Shown piece after piece: positions 21,024 to 30,388 of a stretch of 64,000 nt of DNA. Where the stretch lies: NCBI GenBank assembly GCA_963733095.1, contig CAVTBV010000013.1, positions 64,001-128,000 of the forward strand, read 5' to 3'. The notes under the pieces were generated by a model, which worked only from the letters and a program-made list of their open reading frames with translations, was not told where the DNA came from and ran no database searches. Origin of the DNA: Candidatus Bathyarchaeota archaeon. GTDB taxonomy: Archaea > Thermoproteota > Bathyarchaeia > Bathyarchaeales > Bathycorpusculaceae. Numbering within the stretch: position 1 is the first letter of the stretch; each line of letters starts with the position of its first letter. Position numbers and translations under genes: made by a program.

Positions 21024-21145
21024 CAATTTGAGCTTAATTATTAAAAAGAGGTTCATAAATAGGTTGAATTTGGTAATGGCGCGGGATGTTAGATTTACAC
21101 CCACGTTTAAATTCCACACGAAAAAATAAAAAGACGGTTAGGAGA
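21024..21145. repeat. degenerate att copy C with both shared arms
   Basis: TGGCGCGGGATGTTAGATTTACACCCACG at 21077-21105; left arm like copy B, right arm like copy A. Confidence 0.85.
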
Positions 21146-21148
21146 AGG

Positions 21149-21550
21149 CTAACCTTCCTGTTTAGGCCACTTCCATGCATGCCAAACAATTAGTGCAATA
21201 AACACAACTTCTAAAATCTCATAAAATGAATAATAAGCCCAAGTCTCTCCTGGGACAAGCAGTGCAGGGACCAAAACACCAGCATAGACTATACCTACAA
21301 TGATGTTTACCCAGCGATTCACTTTAGCCGGCAATGCCAGGGACAAGAAAATCATAAAAATCGGAATCGCCATTAATATTGCAGCTAAAAACAAGGATAC
21401 TTGATTAAGTGCGATTTCTCCTGATAGTACTTTCTCCACTATATCTTGCCTATAGAATCCGAAAACATCGTTATACAAATAAAAAAACATTAAAGCTACC
21501 CATAATGCTGAAAGCTTAATCTTCACATTTATCTTCACATCTTCTAACAT
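21149..21550 (-). CDS. DUF6326-family membrane protein
   Basis: KLSALWVALMFFYLYNDVFG...IVWHAWKWP. Confidence 0.8.
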   Translation of the reverse strand: MLEDVKINVKIKLSALWVALMFFYLYNDVFGFYRQDIVEKVLSGEIALNQVSLFLAAILMAIPIFMIFLSLALPAKVNRWVNIIVGIVYAGVLVPALLVPGETWAYYSFYEILEVVFIALIVWHAWKWPKQEG

Positions 21551-21818
21551 AGGCTTCTCTCTCTCCTCATTCGAGTATTTAGGGCATTACCTGTTGATTT
21601 GGATTTAACACTATTGGTCAAATACACTAAGAAAGGAAAGAAACTCTTCCTATAAAATGTCAAGAAACTTAAGTGCTCTCTAGCAGTCCTTACGGTATAG
21701 TTCATCAATTGGTTAAATTGGAAGAAAGCAAGGCCAGCACAATACCAAACATGGCAGACTCAACTCAATAGGGACGGCATTAAAGAAAACCGTTTTTATG
21801 TTCATTAGAGTAGCAATT

Positions 21819-22790
21819 TTACTCCACAGCTATTACTATTTTTCCTCGTTGTTTTCCTTCCTCGAGATACCGTAGAGCCTCAGCAGTCTCACTCAACGAA
21901 TAACATCTATCTATAACAGGCACCACATTGCCGGATTCAATAAGCTCTTTTACAAAAACCAAATCTTCTCTTTTGTTTGGTTCCATAGGAATACCCATTT
22001 TCTTGCTTCCAGTCATTGAAATCAACGGACCTATGAACAAAGCTTGGAAAATTGCAGTCCTAGAACCTCCGACTATAAGATAAATGCCCTTGGAACTCAA
22101 AGCACACTTGTAATCGAAAATAGAGTGATGTGCCGCAACATCAAGAATCAGGTCATATGTCTGCCCATTTTTGGTGAAATCTTCTTTAGTGTAATCAATG
22201 ACGTGGTCTGCACCAATTGAGCGCAGCATGTCCAATTTATCCGTGCTATCCACGCCAGTCACCTCAGCCCCAAAGTACTTGGCAATCTGCACCGCGAATG
22301 TACCTATACCACCGCCTGCACCATTAATCAAAACTTTTTGTCCTTGCTCAATTTTTCTTTTAGCACGAAGATACTTCATGGCGATAGCGGCTCTTGAGGT
22401 TACGGTCGCTGCTTCTGCAAATTTCATGCTGACTGGTTTTAGTACTAAAGCATCTTCAGGTGCACATACATACTCTGCAAAAGCGCCAAAACCATAGTTG
22501 GTTAAGTCTCCGAATACGTCATCACCTGGCTGAAACTGCTGTATGTTTCTGCCAACCGCTTCAACCCGCCCCGCTATGTCAGAACCGAGTATCTTGTATT
22601 TTGGTCTTAAAGGCCCAATTAAGCGGACAGCGATCGTACCTCTCAGGTGTTCTAAGTCATCTACGTTTACAGATGCTGCATATACTTTTACCAGCACTTC
22701 GTTGTCCATTGGAATGGTTTTTTCTACCTCTTTGAGCTGGAGAACATCTGGTGATCCGTATTTAGTGCGTATAATTGCTTTCATTTTCAC
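21819..22790 (-). CDS. NAD(P)-dependent MDR oxidoreductase (quinone-oxidoreductase-like)
   Basis: YGSPDVL, GAGGGIGTFAVQIAK, GADHVIDYT, GKIVI. Confidence 0.9.
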   Translation of the reverse strand: MKMKAIIRTKYGSPDVLQLKEVEKTIPMDNEVLVKVYAASVNVDDLEHLRGTIAVRLIGPLRPKYKILGSDIAGRVEAVGRNIQQFQPGDDVFGDLTNYGFGAFAEYVCAPEDALVLKPVSMKFAEAATVTSRAAIAMKYLRAKRKIEQGQKVLINGAGGGIGTFAVQIAKYFGAEVTGVDSTDKLDMLRSIGADHVIDYTKEDFTKNGQTYDLILDVAAHHSIFDYKCALSSKGIYLIVGGSRTAIFQALFIGPLISMTGSKKMGIPMEPNKREDLVFVKELIESGNVVPVIDRCYSLSETAEALRYLEEGKQRGKIVIAVE

Positions 22791-23129
22791 ACATGCTAAT
22801 CACTTTTAACGTATATAAGAGCGCTCGCTAACCAGACCAAAATTATGCTTGTCCGTACAGCTTTTTGTATAGATAGCCAACAACTATTCCTGGGAAGAGA
22901 AACCTTGGAATGTTCATTACTGTGTCGACCAAAAGTAGACATAGGTATTGCTTAGATTGCCAAAAGTTGAAAGGACTTCGATGATGACTAAGGCAACAAA
23001 GCTAAGGATCAAGGCTTATAGAATTGGGCTGAAAAATTCAGAAATTTGCAAGCACAATGATTTTTATCTTTTTCCTGAGCCCTTTTTTGGTAAATAACAA
23101 AAAATTAAGCTCTGTTTGGCAAAAGGAGC

Positions 23130-24017
23130 GTGGCGCGGGATGTGGGAATTGAACATACTGCTCCTGAGTTTATGGTCTATCTTAAACAGAATATTAGGGA
23201 AGTTACTGCTAAAACATACGTTAAACGGCTAGGACTTCTTAGTAAGGTAGCTAATCTGGATGATGCTGAGAAGACTAAAAATGTGATTTGTAGTTATCCA
23301 TGTACCGAATCGTTTAAGGAATTAATGGCTAGTGCATATGATTACTATGTTCGTTACAAAGGTCTAACTTGGAATAAACCCAGATTCACAAGAGATGATA
23401 AACCATTCTTTATTCCGTTAGAAACTGAGATAGACCAACTAATCAGTAAATCTAGAAAGAAGATGTCTGTGTTTCTACAGTTGCTTAAGGAGACTGGTGC
23501 CGATTCTGGTGAAGCATGGAAACTAAGATGGCTTGATGTTAACCTTGAAAATAAAACTGTTGCTATCACACCTACAAAGAATCATAATTCTAGGGTATTG
23601 CCGATTTCTAATAATTTGCTGTCTAGAATGCTAAGTTTGCAACGTGAGAATGAAAGAGTATTTGGTTGTAATGCTCATACGCTCGATGATTTCAGACGTA
23701 GATTTGAAGACATGAAGAATGCGCTTAGTATAAAACTAGAGAATCCCAGATTAAAGGAGATAGCATTCCGTTCATTTAGGCATTGGAAAGCAACAACTGA
23801 GTACCATAAAACAAAGGATATTTTGCATGTTAAATGGTTGCTGGGTCATAAACGGATTGAGAACACGTTAGTCTATACGCATCTAGTAAACTTTGATAGT
23901 GATGAATACGTCTGTAAGGTTGCTAAGACTCTTGATGAGGCTTCTGTTCTGATTGAATCTGGATTTGAATATGTTACGGAGATGAATAGTGTTAAATTGT
24001 TCAAAAAACGCAAATAG
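23130..24017 (+). CDS. tyrosine integrase, C-terminal fragment int(C)
   Basis: Begins inside att; ETGxxxGE, TKNH, RSFRHWKAT, LLGHK, TLVYTH. Confidence 0.9.
   Translation: MARDVGIEHTAPEFMVYLKQNIREVTAKTYVKRLGLLSKVANLDDAEKTKNVICSYPCTESFKELMASAYDYYVRYKGLTWNKPRFTRDDKPFFIPLETEIDQLISKSRKKMSVFLQLLKETGADSGEAWKLRWLDVNLENKTVAITPTKNHNSRVLPISNNLLSRMLSLQRENERVFGCNAHTLDDFRRRFEDMKNALSIKLENPRLKEIAFRSFRHWKATTEYHKTKDILHVKWLLGHKRIENTLVYTHLVNFDSDEYVCKVAKTLDEASVLIESGFEYVTEMNSVKLFKKRK
23131..23154. repeat. attL (24 bp, identical to tRNA-Ser 3' end)
   Basis: TGGCGCGGGATGTGGGAATTGAAC. Confidence 0.95.
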
Positions 24018-24108
24018 TTAATTTAAATAGTAGCTTCCAACAAATGCTTTCTTGTCTGGCGAAATTAGTTTGGCTGTTAGACCAATAAAAAAATAACGGA
24101 CTAGGCAA

Positions 24109-24684
24109 ATGAGCGACATAAACAATAATTGGAGATTTACTCGAACACCAGTAGCCCCAGACAAACTAAAACAACTAAAGCAACAATCAAAAGCAAAAAC
24201 TATTGAGTTTTTAATATCTCAAGTACCACAGGGAATTGAACTTTGCAAACAAAATATTGCAGATTTTATAAATGATGCGAGAATCATAAATGAGAAAGGC
24301 AGACTTTGTCACGCATATGTATCTTTCGAGTTTGCTCTTGAAGAATTTGGGAAAATAATGATGTTAAAAGAAGCACTAATTAATTCGGTAGTCAACGATA
24401 AAATTGTTGTAAGTAAAGACTTTTTTAAACACAATAGAAAGTGTGAGAAAGCGATTGAAAAATTGGGTGCTGAGTTCAAATCTGTGTATGATATGAATTG
24501 GTTTCTAAGAGAAACGCTCGGACTATATCCTTTATGGTATGGCACTAAAACCAGCCACGAGACAAGAACAGACTGTGCTTTTGTAAATTATAGAAACGAT
24601 GAATTTGTAATTGGAAGACCAATTGACTCCGTGAAATTTATTAAACTCATAAATCAATTAGAAGAAAAAACAATGTTGGAATAA
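24109..24684 (+). CDS. AbiV-family (HEPN) abortive-infection-like protein
   Basis: FINDARII...AYVSFEFALEEFGK...FFKHNRK pattern. Confidence 0.7.
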   Translation: MSDINNNWRFTRTPVAPDKLKQLKQQSKAKTIEFLISQVPQGIELCKQNIADFINDARIINEKGRLCHAYVSFEFALEEFGKIMMLKEALINSVVNDKIVVSKDFFKHNRKCEKAIEKLGAEFKSVYDMNWFLRETLGLYPLWYGTKTSHETRTDCAFVNYRNDEFVIGRPIDSVKFIKLINQLEEKTMLE

Positions 24685-24836
24685 TTTACTGCAAGGACGA
24701 ATTCCCGTAAATGTTTTCATAAGACACTACTGGAGTCCTAAGTTAGTTGAGTTGCGAGACAGAATCCTTAAGGCATTAGAGCTTTTAGATAAAGAACGAC
24801 AGCAACCATTAGTAACAAGATGACGTATTCTGGAAA

Positions 24837-25349
24837 CTAAGTAAACGTAAATCGATTTGATGACTTATGTTCTTCCTGTTTTTTTGTTATTTGTTTAAAT
24901 TCGTTTTGTAATGGTATATAAACTGTTGTTATCGAAACTATTCCAACATAAAAGAATGCGGCAGAAGCTACCATGAAAATACCCACTATATAATAGCCTC
25001 CTGTATTGTCGGGATTTTGAACAGTTAACCAAAGAGCATCAATTACTACCGAACCTAAATAAAGTACAAAAGTAATTATAACTCCAAAGAACAGACGTAC
25101 AGGCATTTTTTTCAAGTAATTTATGTCTTTACGCAATTTGGTAAGTTGCTTCATTTCTTTATTATTGGAAACAGGTGTAATATTACTTTTGACTTCTTCA
25201 AATTTCGCTAACTTATCGTTTAACTCCGTATTTAATTCTTCAAAAACTCGATGAAACATTGGTATAATCAGCGCGTATGCAGCAAGAACCAATCCAGCTC
25301 CAGTTATACTCGCTTCCATGAAACCAATAACAATGGATGAGTCTATCAA
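24837..25349 (-). CDS. hypothetical membrane protein (3 TM plus coiled coil)
   Basis: Hydrophobic segments flanking a charged helix. Confidence 0.65.
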   Translation of the reverse strand: MIDSSIVIGFMEASITGAGLVLAAYALIIPMFHRVFEELNTELNDKLAKFEEVKSNITPVSNNKEMKQLTKLRKDINYLKKMPVRLFFGVIITFVLYLGSVVIDALWLTVQNPDNTGGYYIVGIFMVASAAFFYVGIVSITTVYIPLQNEFKQITKKQEEHKSSNRFTFT

Positions 25350-26448
25350 ATTCTCGTCCCTACACCATTATATTTCAATGATGCTCGCATTTAAGACTTC
25401 TCACTAACAGAACATACGAGTTAGAATTTCATAAACTATCCCTTACTAACGCCATAACCCAATACTCAATAACCGTATATACAACTACAGATGCCCATCT
25501 GACTGTATCGACACCTTCTAGTCGATTATGTTTATTCACTAAGATGTCAATTTTATTTCTCTCATTCATATATTTGTTTATTTGTGTTATTTCATTACAA
25601 AGATTTCTTGTCTAGATTCCAACTGCATTTGCTCTATCGTCACATAATAGCATTTATATTATAGATTTGCTTATCTTTACATGCTACAAGGGTGTTACGG
25701 AAATCGTTTTACTCATGGAGTAGTCGGTTTAAAAACCTATTACAGAAGCGTCTGTACCTCAATGAGGCTAAGTGTGGATTAATGGCTAGTTCCCCTAGGC
25801 ATAGGCTTCAGGATATTAAGAACTAGTAAACAAGCAGATTAGTAAAACCGCTAGTGAAATTGCTATTAGGATAAACTATGTCTCTAGTGATGTATTATTT
25901 CTCTATTGATATAGTATGTCTTTAGTGTGTCTAAGTATATGCATTTATCCAAACCGTTCATCTAGCTTGGTTATCTGTCTGTTTTAGTTACCGACTTATT
26001 TTTATTAAACGGATTTTTGTAGTTAAATTGGGAAAATGATGTGGGAAGCATCTTTCGTTGTGTGAAATCTTGGTTAAAAGTTGAGTGTGGGTAAAATCTC
26101 TATGAAAGGTTGTTTTTGTAATTGTTATAAGAAAAAGAATAACTGTTGGAGAGATAAAAACCATTGCTACATGGATGAAACGAAACAAATCTCTAACAGG
26201 CATATTTAGTTGATGTAAGAGTGGTGAATTATTTAAGGGTTAGTGGTGAGTTGGTATAGATGCAAAGAAATCTCTAATTGTTGGTGTATTAGTTGGAATG
26301 TATTTTGTTGGAAATCTTTAGATGTGGGAAGTATAATTTTAGTGTAGATGAACATCTGGTAAATTAATCGATGAAGTGATTATAGGTCTATTTAGGTACA
26401 TATATTAGGGGGCATTTAGTAGTGTTTAAGTATGGGGGATAAGATGAT

Positions 26449-26811
26449 ATGAGTGAAATTGGGGATAATTATATAGCAGTTATTAATTCAGAAATAAAAG
26501 CTGGATTGTTAAAGTGTGATAAGTTGCAAACTATTGTAAAAGATGCTTTAGGAGAAGATGACTACCAAACGGCACGGCGGGCTGGGAATGAATTCCGAAT
26601 GGAAATTGCAGTTATAATGCAGAAGAATGATGAGCAGATGGTTGAGGTACTTAAAAGACAACGTGTAGATGCATTTGGTGGGTATATGCCAACAACGCTC
26701 TCAGGTGGGTCAAAAAACAGAGATGTTACAAAAAGTGATGATGAAAGTGAAATTATCAGCAGAATATTAAGAGGAGAAATCAAAAGTGTTAGAACGGCTA
26801 TGGAATCGTAA
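26449..26811 (+). CDS. hypothetical protein (element operon gene 1)
   Basis: 120-aa ORF with G-rich RBS upstream. Confidence 0.6.
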   Translation: MSEIGDNYIAVINSEIKAGLLKCDKLQTIVKDALGEDDYQTARRAGNEFRMEIAVIMQKNDEQMVEVLKRQRVDAFGGYMPTTLSGGSKNRDVTKSDDESEIISRILRGEIKSVRTAMES

Positions 26812-27016
26812 AAAAACGGGTAAAAAGGCAGTTGAGGTTACAGAAATGCAAACAGCAATTCCTAAAGTGAATAGAGGCTGTGTTCGTTGTAGATATGCGA
26901 TTATAAAAGATGGTTGGCACGTTGAGTTAAACCGATGCCTTTCGAGGGGTTTGGTATTAGGCAAAGATATAACGAAAGAGGATGGCTGTGAGAAATTCAG
27001 TCCTTTGGAGGGTTAA
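26786..27016 (+). CDS. small Cys-containing protein
   Basis: CVRC...C...C; overlaps neighbours. Confidence 0.5.
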   Translation: MLERLWNRKKTGKKAVEVTEMQTAIPKVNRGCVRCRYAIIKDGWHVELNRCLSRGLVLGKDITKEDGCEKFSPLEG

Positions 27017-27018
27017 AA

Positions 27019-27201
27019 TTGCCGAGGCGTATGGGGATTTATCCAAGAAAACCAATAAGCATAACTTTAGACGTTGAAACGATAGCAATGTTGCAAGCGG
27101 TTAAAACCGTAATGGGTATGAGTTCTTTGAGTTCTACGATTGAGGACTTATGTATTATTGGAATCAAGAATTCAAAATTTCCGCAAGGGAGTAGAGATTA
27201 A
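27019..27201 (+). CDS. ribbon-helix-helix-like DNA-binding protein
   Basis: RKPISITLDVETIAML...LSSTIEDL. Confidence 0.55.
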   Translation: MPRRMGIYPRKPISITLDVETIAMLQAVKTVMGMSSLSSTIEDLCIIGIKNSKFPQGSRD

Positions 27202-27202
27202 A

Positions 27203-27712
27203 ATGAGCGGAAACTTAATCGTAAAAGATTCATGCATAGAATGTAAACACGTTTCAGAAAAAATAGAGTTTGGTTACTGTGACTGTGACACTAACGATTA
27301 TTCAAAAGGAGAAAAATCGCAAGCCGAAATATCTTGGCTAAGACGACACGGCAAACTGTCAGAAATTAAAAAACCGTTAAGCTATACGATTGCTTCGGTT
27401 GAACAACCCTTAGAAAACGTAATTTCTGCAATGCAGAGGCTATCTGACGAAAGCGCTAGACTACACGGAATCACAAAATCGCTCAGTGATGACTTACAGA
27501 GAAAAAATCGTAAGAGAAAACTTAGATATACAAAATTGAAATTGGAAGTCTCAGTTTCTAAAAGGCTAGAAAAATCAAAGACGCAATTAGAAAAGGGTAA
27601 AAATGAGGTGCTGAAGAAAAGTGACAACTTTGTGGTTTTGGGTGCGCTTAATGGCATGAAAGGCGTTGAAATTACTGGATGGATTGAAAAGAAATTAGTG
27701 GATGGTAACTAA
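27203..27712 (+). CDS. hypothetical protein with CxxC/CxC and basic coiled coil
   Basis: ATG directly after RHH stop; CIEC, CDC. Confidence 0.55.
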   Translation: MSGNLIVKDSCIECKHVSEKIEFGYCDCDTNDYSKGEKSQAEISWLRRHGKLSEIKKPLSYTIASVEQPLENVISAMQRLSDESARLHGITKSLSDDLQRKNRKRKLRYTKLKLEVSVSKRLEKSKTQLEKGKNEVLKKSDNFVVLGALNGMKGVEITGWIEKKLVDGN

Positions 27713-27713
27713 A

Positions 27714-28112
27714 ATGGTTGGTAAGACAGAGAAGTTTATTTTAACTAGTGGGTTGCAGACTGTAGCGTCTGGGTTAGCAACTGCTTTTAGTGTCGATGGT
27801 ACGGGTAAGCTAAGGCATCTTAACATATTGAATGATGGTACGTCTGGTACAGTAACAGTTTGTATTTATTCTGATTCTGGGTTAGTAGTGACTTATGGCA
27901 CAGCTACGCTTGGTTCTGGTGGTTTCGTTCCTGATGTGGATATTATTGGGAGTGCATTGCAGGGGTCTGGTGCGGTTTTAGTTTCAGGTTCTCCAACATT
28001 GAATCAAGAAATAAGTTTCGTGACTAATTTGACAGTGCAGTATTTTAAAACTAGTGGTACAGTGACTTTGACGGGAATAGCGGACATTAACAAAAACATC
28101 ATTCAAACTTGA
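27714..28112 (+). CDS. beta-strand-rich hypothetical protein (possible virion/jelly-roll protein)
   Basis: G/S/T/V-rich alternating pattern, few charged residues, no TM; structural role is inference. Confidence 0.5.
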   Translation: MVGKTEKFILTSGLQTVASGLATAFSVDGTGKLRHLNILNDGTSGTVTVCIYSDSGLVVTYGTATLGSGGFVPDVDIIGSALQGSGAVLVSGSPTLNQEISFVTNLTVQYFKTSGTVTLTGIADINKNIIQT

Positions 28113-28136
28113 GCGAAATGAAGGAAGTAAATCTCT

Positions 28137-28385
28137 ATGGTAGTTTCACTCGGAATTTTACATAATAAAGTGAGACCTCGAAAGGCATGGGGTAGTCAAG
28201 ATTCCGTAAAATGCAGTGGATGCGGTAGGGTGCTTTTGACGAATGAACAGGTTTATCGTATTGGTAAACTCAGACAATCGTATGTTTATAGAGGATTTAA
28301 AATTGATTCAAAACAAGGATACCGCCTTAGATATTTTGGGGATTGTTGCATTAATCAAGTTTATGTTGATGGAGATGAAAAGTAA
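28137..28385 (+). CDS. small zinc-binding protein
   Basis: CSGC ... DCC. Confidence 0.55.
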   Translation: MVVSLGILHNKVRPRKAWGSQDSVKCSGCGRVLLTNEQVYRIGKLRQSYVYRGFKIDSKQGYRLRYFGDCCINQVYVDGDEK

Positions 28386-28804
28386 TGAAAGATAAACCTA
28401 TTGTCCCAACCGAAAAAGAGTTGAAAGAGGATTATGGAAAGGCTAATTTACGTGAAAAGCATTTTAGGATTCATCCCGATATTGACGATTTGATTAAAAA
28501 ATACTCTAAGATTCTGAGACGTTCAGAGGCAGATATAGCTAATGAAATGATGAGAATTGGCATTTTATCGTTTCAATTGAAGCACGGGTTGCGGTCTAAG
28601 TTGGCACCGTTGATGATTGGTCGGGATTCAGATTTAACTAAACAGTTGAACGACAGAGTTAATTTGATTCTGGAAAAGAAAAAAGCGGAACGTGCAAAGA
28701 AGGCAAATGACCTAAGCGATGCGTTTAGTAAAAAGATAGCTCATGGTTCAAAGGAAGACTGGGAACAGTATAATGATTATAGCGGTAACGTTGAAGAGCA
28801 TTAA
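28385..28804 (+). CDS. RHH-like DNA-binding protein
   Basis: KHFRIHPDIDDLIKKYS...SEADIANEMMRIG; TAATG coupling. Confidence 0.55.
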   Translation: MKDKPIVPTEKELKEDYGKANLREKHFRIHPDIDDLIKKYSKILRRSEADIANEMMRIGILSFQLKHGLRSKLAPLMIGRDSDLTKQLNDRVNLILEKKKAERAKKANDLSDAFSKKIAHGSKEDWEQYNDYSGNVEEH

Positions 28805-29140
28805 TTTACTAGGTAATCTAAGATAGGGGGATTTTTAAGAGTAAAAAAACGGTTATTGTGATACATCTTTCCATGGAAAAACAGATAGAGATTGAATAGA
28901 ACAGTAATGAATAGCATGGTAAAATCCCTATGTAATAACCTATGTGTCAATGTCAATAGGGGTATGGCTGGGACTGTGGACGATGGTATTTCTTATTTAG
29001 TGAATTTATGTTCTCGGTTATTTTTGAGGTTTGCTGTTTAGTTAACAGGTCGGGGGCTACAGTATTACGTGTTTCTGGGATTTTTGTGAGTTTTTTGTCC
29101 TGCAACATTTTAAATACCTAAAGCAATAATAGGAGATTTT

Positions 29141-29818
29141 ATGAGTGAAGAGGATTCTATTTTTGACAAGCTAATGGATAGAATTATTTATGTTCTTATA
29201 ATAGTCGCTGTGATAACAGGAGTTGCTGATTATTTTCGTGATTCTTTAGGCACTTGGTTTCGTCAAAATTGGATAGGTGTTACAGTAGCGGTTGGTGTAT
29301 CTTTTCTAGTATGGTTTTTAGTTTTGATATTGCAAGTTTTCTTAGAAGGCTCAAGTGAATATGGTAAGAAAGTGAAGTTAAAGAAATCAATTATAAGAAA
29401 AAGAATTCTGAAGGAAAGACTCAAAGAACTTGAAGGTCTTGATTTGACAACAGAAGAAAAAGAGTTACAGATTAGTGAATGGGTTGAGAAGGCGTATCAT
29501 AACGAAATTTTAGGTATCTCTACATCAGCATCAACGGAGTCTAAAATAGAACCAGATGTCGAAAAAGTCCCATCTTTATCACAGAGAGAGAAAGAAATAA
29601 TGATAAACAAAGTTAGTACTCGATGCTGTTATCCGAATTGTAGGGAGTCCATCTCTTTAGAGGTACACCATATAATACCGAGAAGTGAAGGCGGAACAAA
29701 CAAAGAAAATAACTTAATTGTTTTATGCAATAATCACCATCATTTAGCAGACAGAGGCGCAATTTCAAGAGATAGATTAAAAATGTACAGCGTAGCAAAA
29801 ATGAAAGATGAATTTTGA
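29141..29818 (+). CDS. HNH endonuclease with two N-terminal TM helices
   Basis: CCYPNC...LEVHHIIPRSEGGTNKENNLIVLCNNHH. Confidence 0.85.
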   Translation: MSEEDSIFDKLMDRIIYVLIIVAVITGVADYFRDSLGTWFRQNWIGVTVAVGVSFLVWFLVLILQVFLEGSSEYGKKVKLKKSIIRKRILKERLKELEGLDLTTEEKELQISEWVEKAYHNEILGISTSASTESKIEPDVEKVPSLSQREKEIMINKVSTRCCYPNCRESISLEVHHIIPRSEGGTNKENNLIVLCNNHHHLADRGAISRDRLKMYSVAKMKDEF

Positions 29819-29991
29819 AGTATTAGAATATTCAATTATTAAGGCATATCTGATATGATTGGATTACGTATGGGCTCTAGCAAAATAGCTAGGCAATACA
29901 TCTGAGTTAATGGGTTAATTTTTAGGACTTTTATTGGGTGGAAACTCTTATATGCTTATAGGTGTATGATTATGTTGGAAGGGATAAGAAA

Positions 29992-30303
29992 ATGGTTAAC
30001 GATTATGAATTTGAAGAAGTGGAAAATCTCCCTACAGTAAAAAGAAATAGAATTGGATTGTACACGACTCTTTTAGAACAGTTTAATGCTAGCGGTAAAT
30101 CTAAGGTTCGGTTGAATTGGAAAGGCAAAGCCGCTCTAGACACGGTGGCTGTCAGTTTAAGAAAAGCAGTTAAGATTAATCCATCGTTGAAAGTTGACGT
30201 TATGTCTGTAAGCAAAATAAATCCAGATAGCAAAAAACGAGAAGTCTGTGAAATCTATCTGTCTAAAACTGTAGAAACAGAACATAAAAAGAAGAGTAGG
30301 TGA
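29992..30303 (+). CDS. small basic hypothetical protein upstream of int(N) (possible excisionase/regulator)
   Basis: Lys/Arg-rich 103-aa ORF, 6 bp before int(N); role inferred from position. Confidence 0.55.
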   Translation: MVNDYEFEEVENLPTVKRNRIGLYTTLLEQFNASGKSKVRLNWKGKAALDTVAVSLRKAVKINPSLKVDVMSVSKINPDSKKREVCEIYLSKTVETEHKKKSR

Positions 30304-30309
30304 GTAAAC

Positions 30310-30388
30310 ATGAAAGACTCTGCTAATAATGGTCAAACACTAAAGACGCTGTGGGTTCAAGGAATGGCGCGGGATGTGGGAATTGAAC
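30310..30388 (+). CDS. integrase N-terminal fragment int(N)
   Basis: MKDSANNGQTLKTLWVQGMARDVGIE reads into attR in the same frame as int(C); GGTGA RBS. Confidence 0.8.

Larger units (their letters stand above)
23131..30388. mobile_element. 7,234-bp integrated element in tRNA-Ser with SSV1-type split integrase
   Basis: Perfect 24-bp direct repeat at 23131-23154 and 30365-30388; integrase split at att; AT-rich, small ORFs. Confidence 0.93.
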
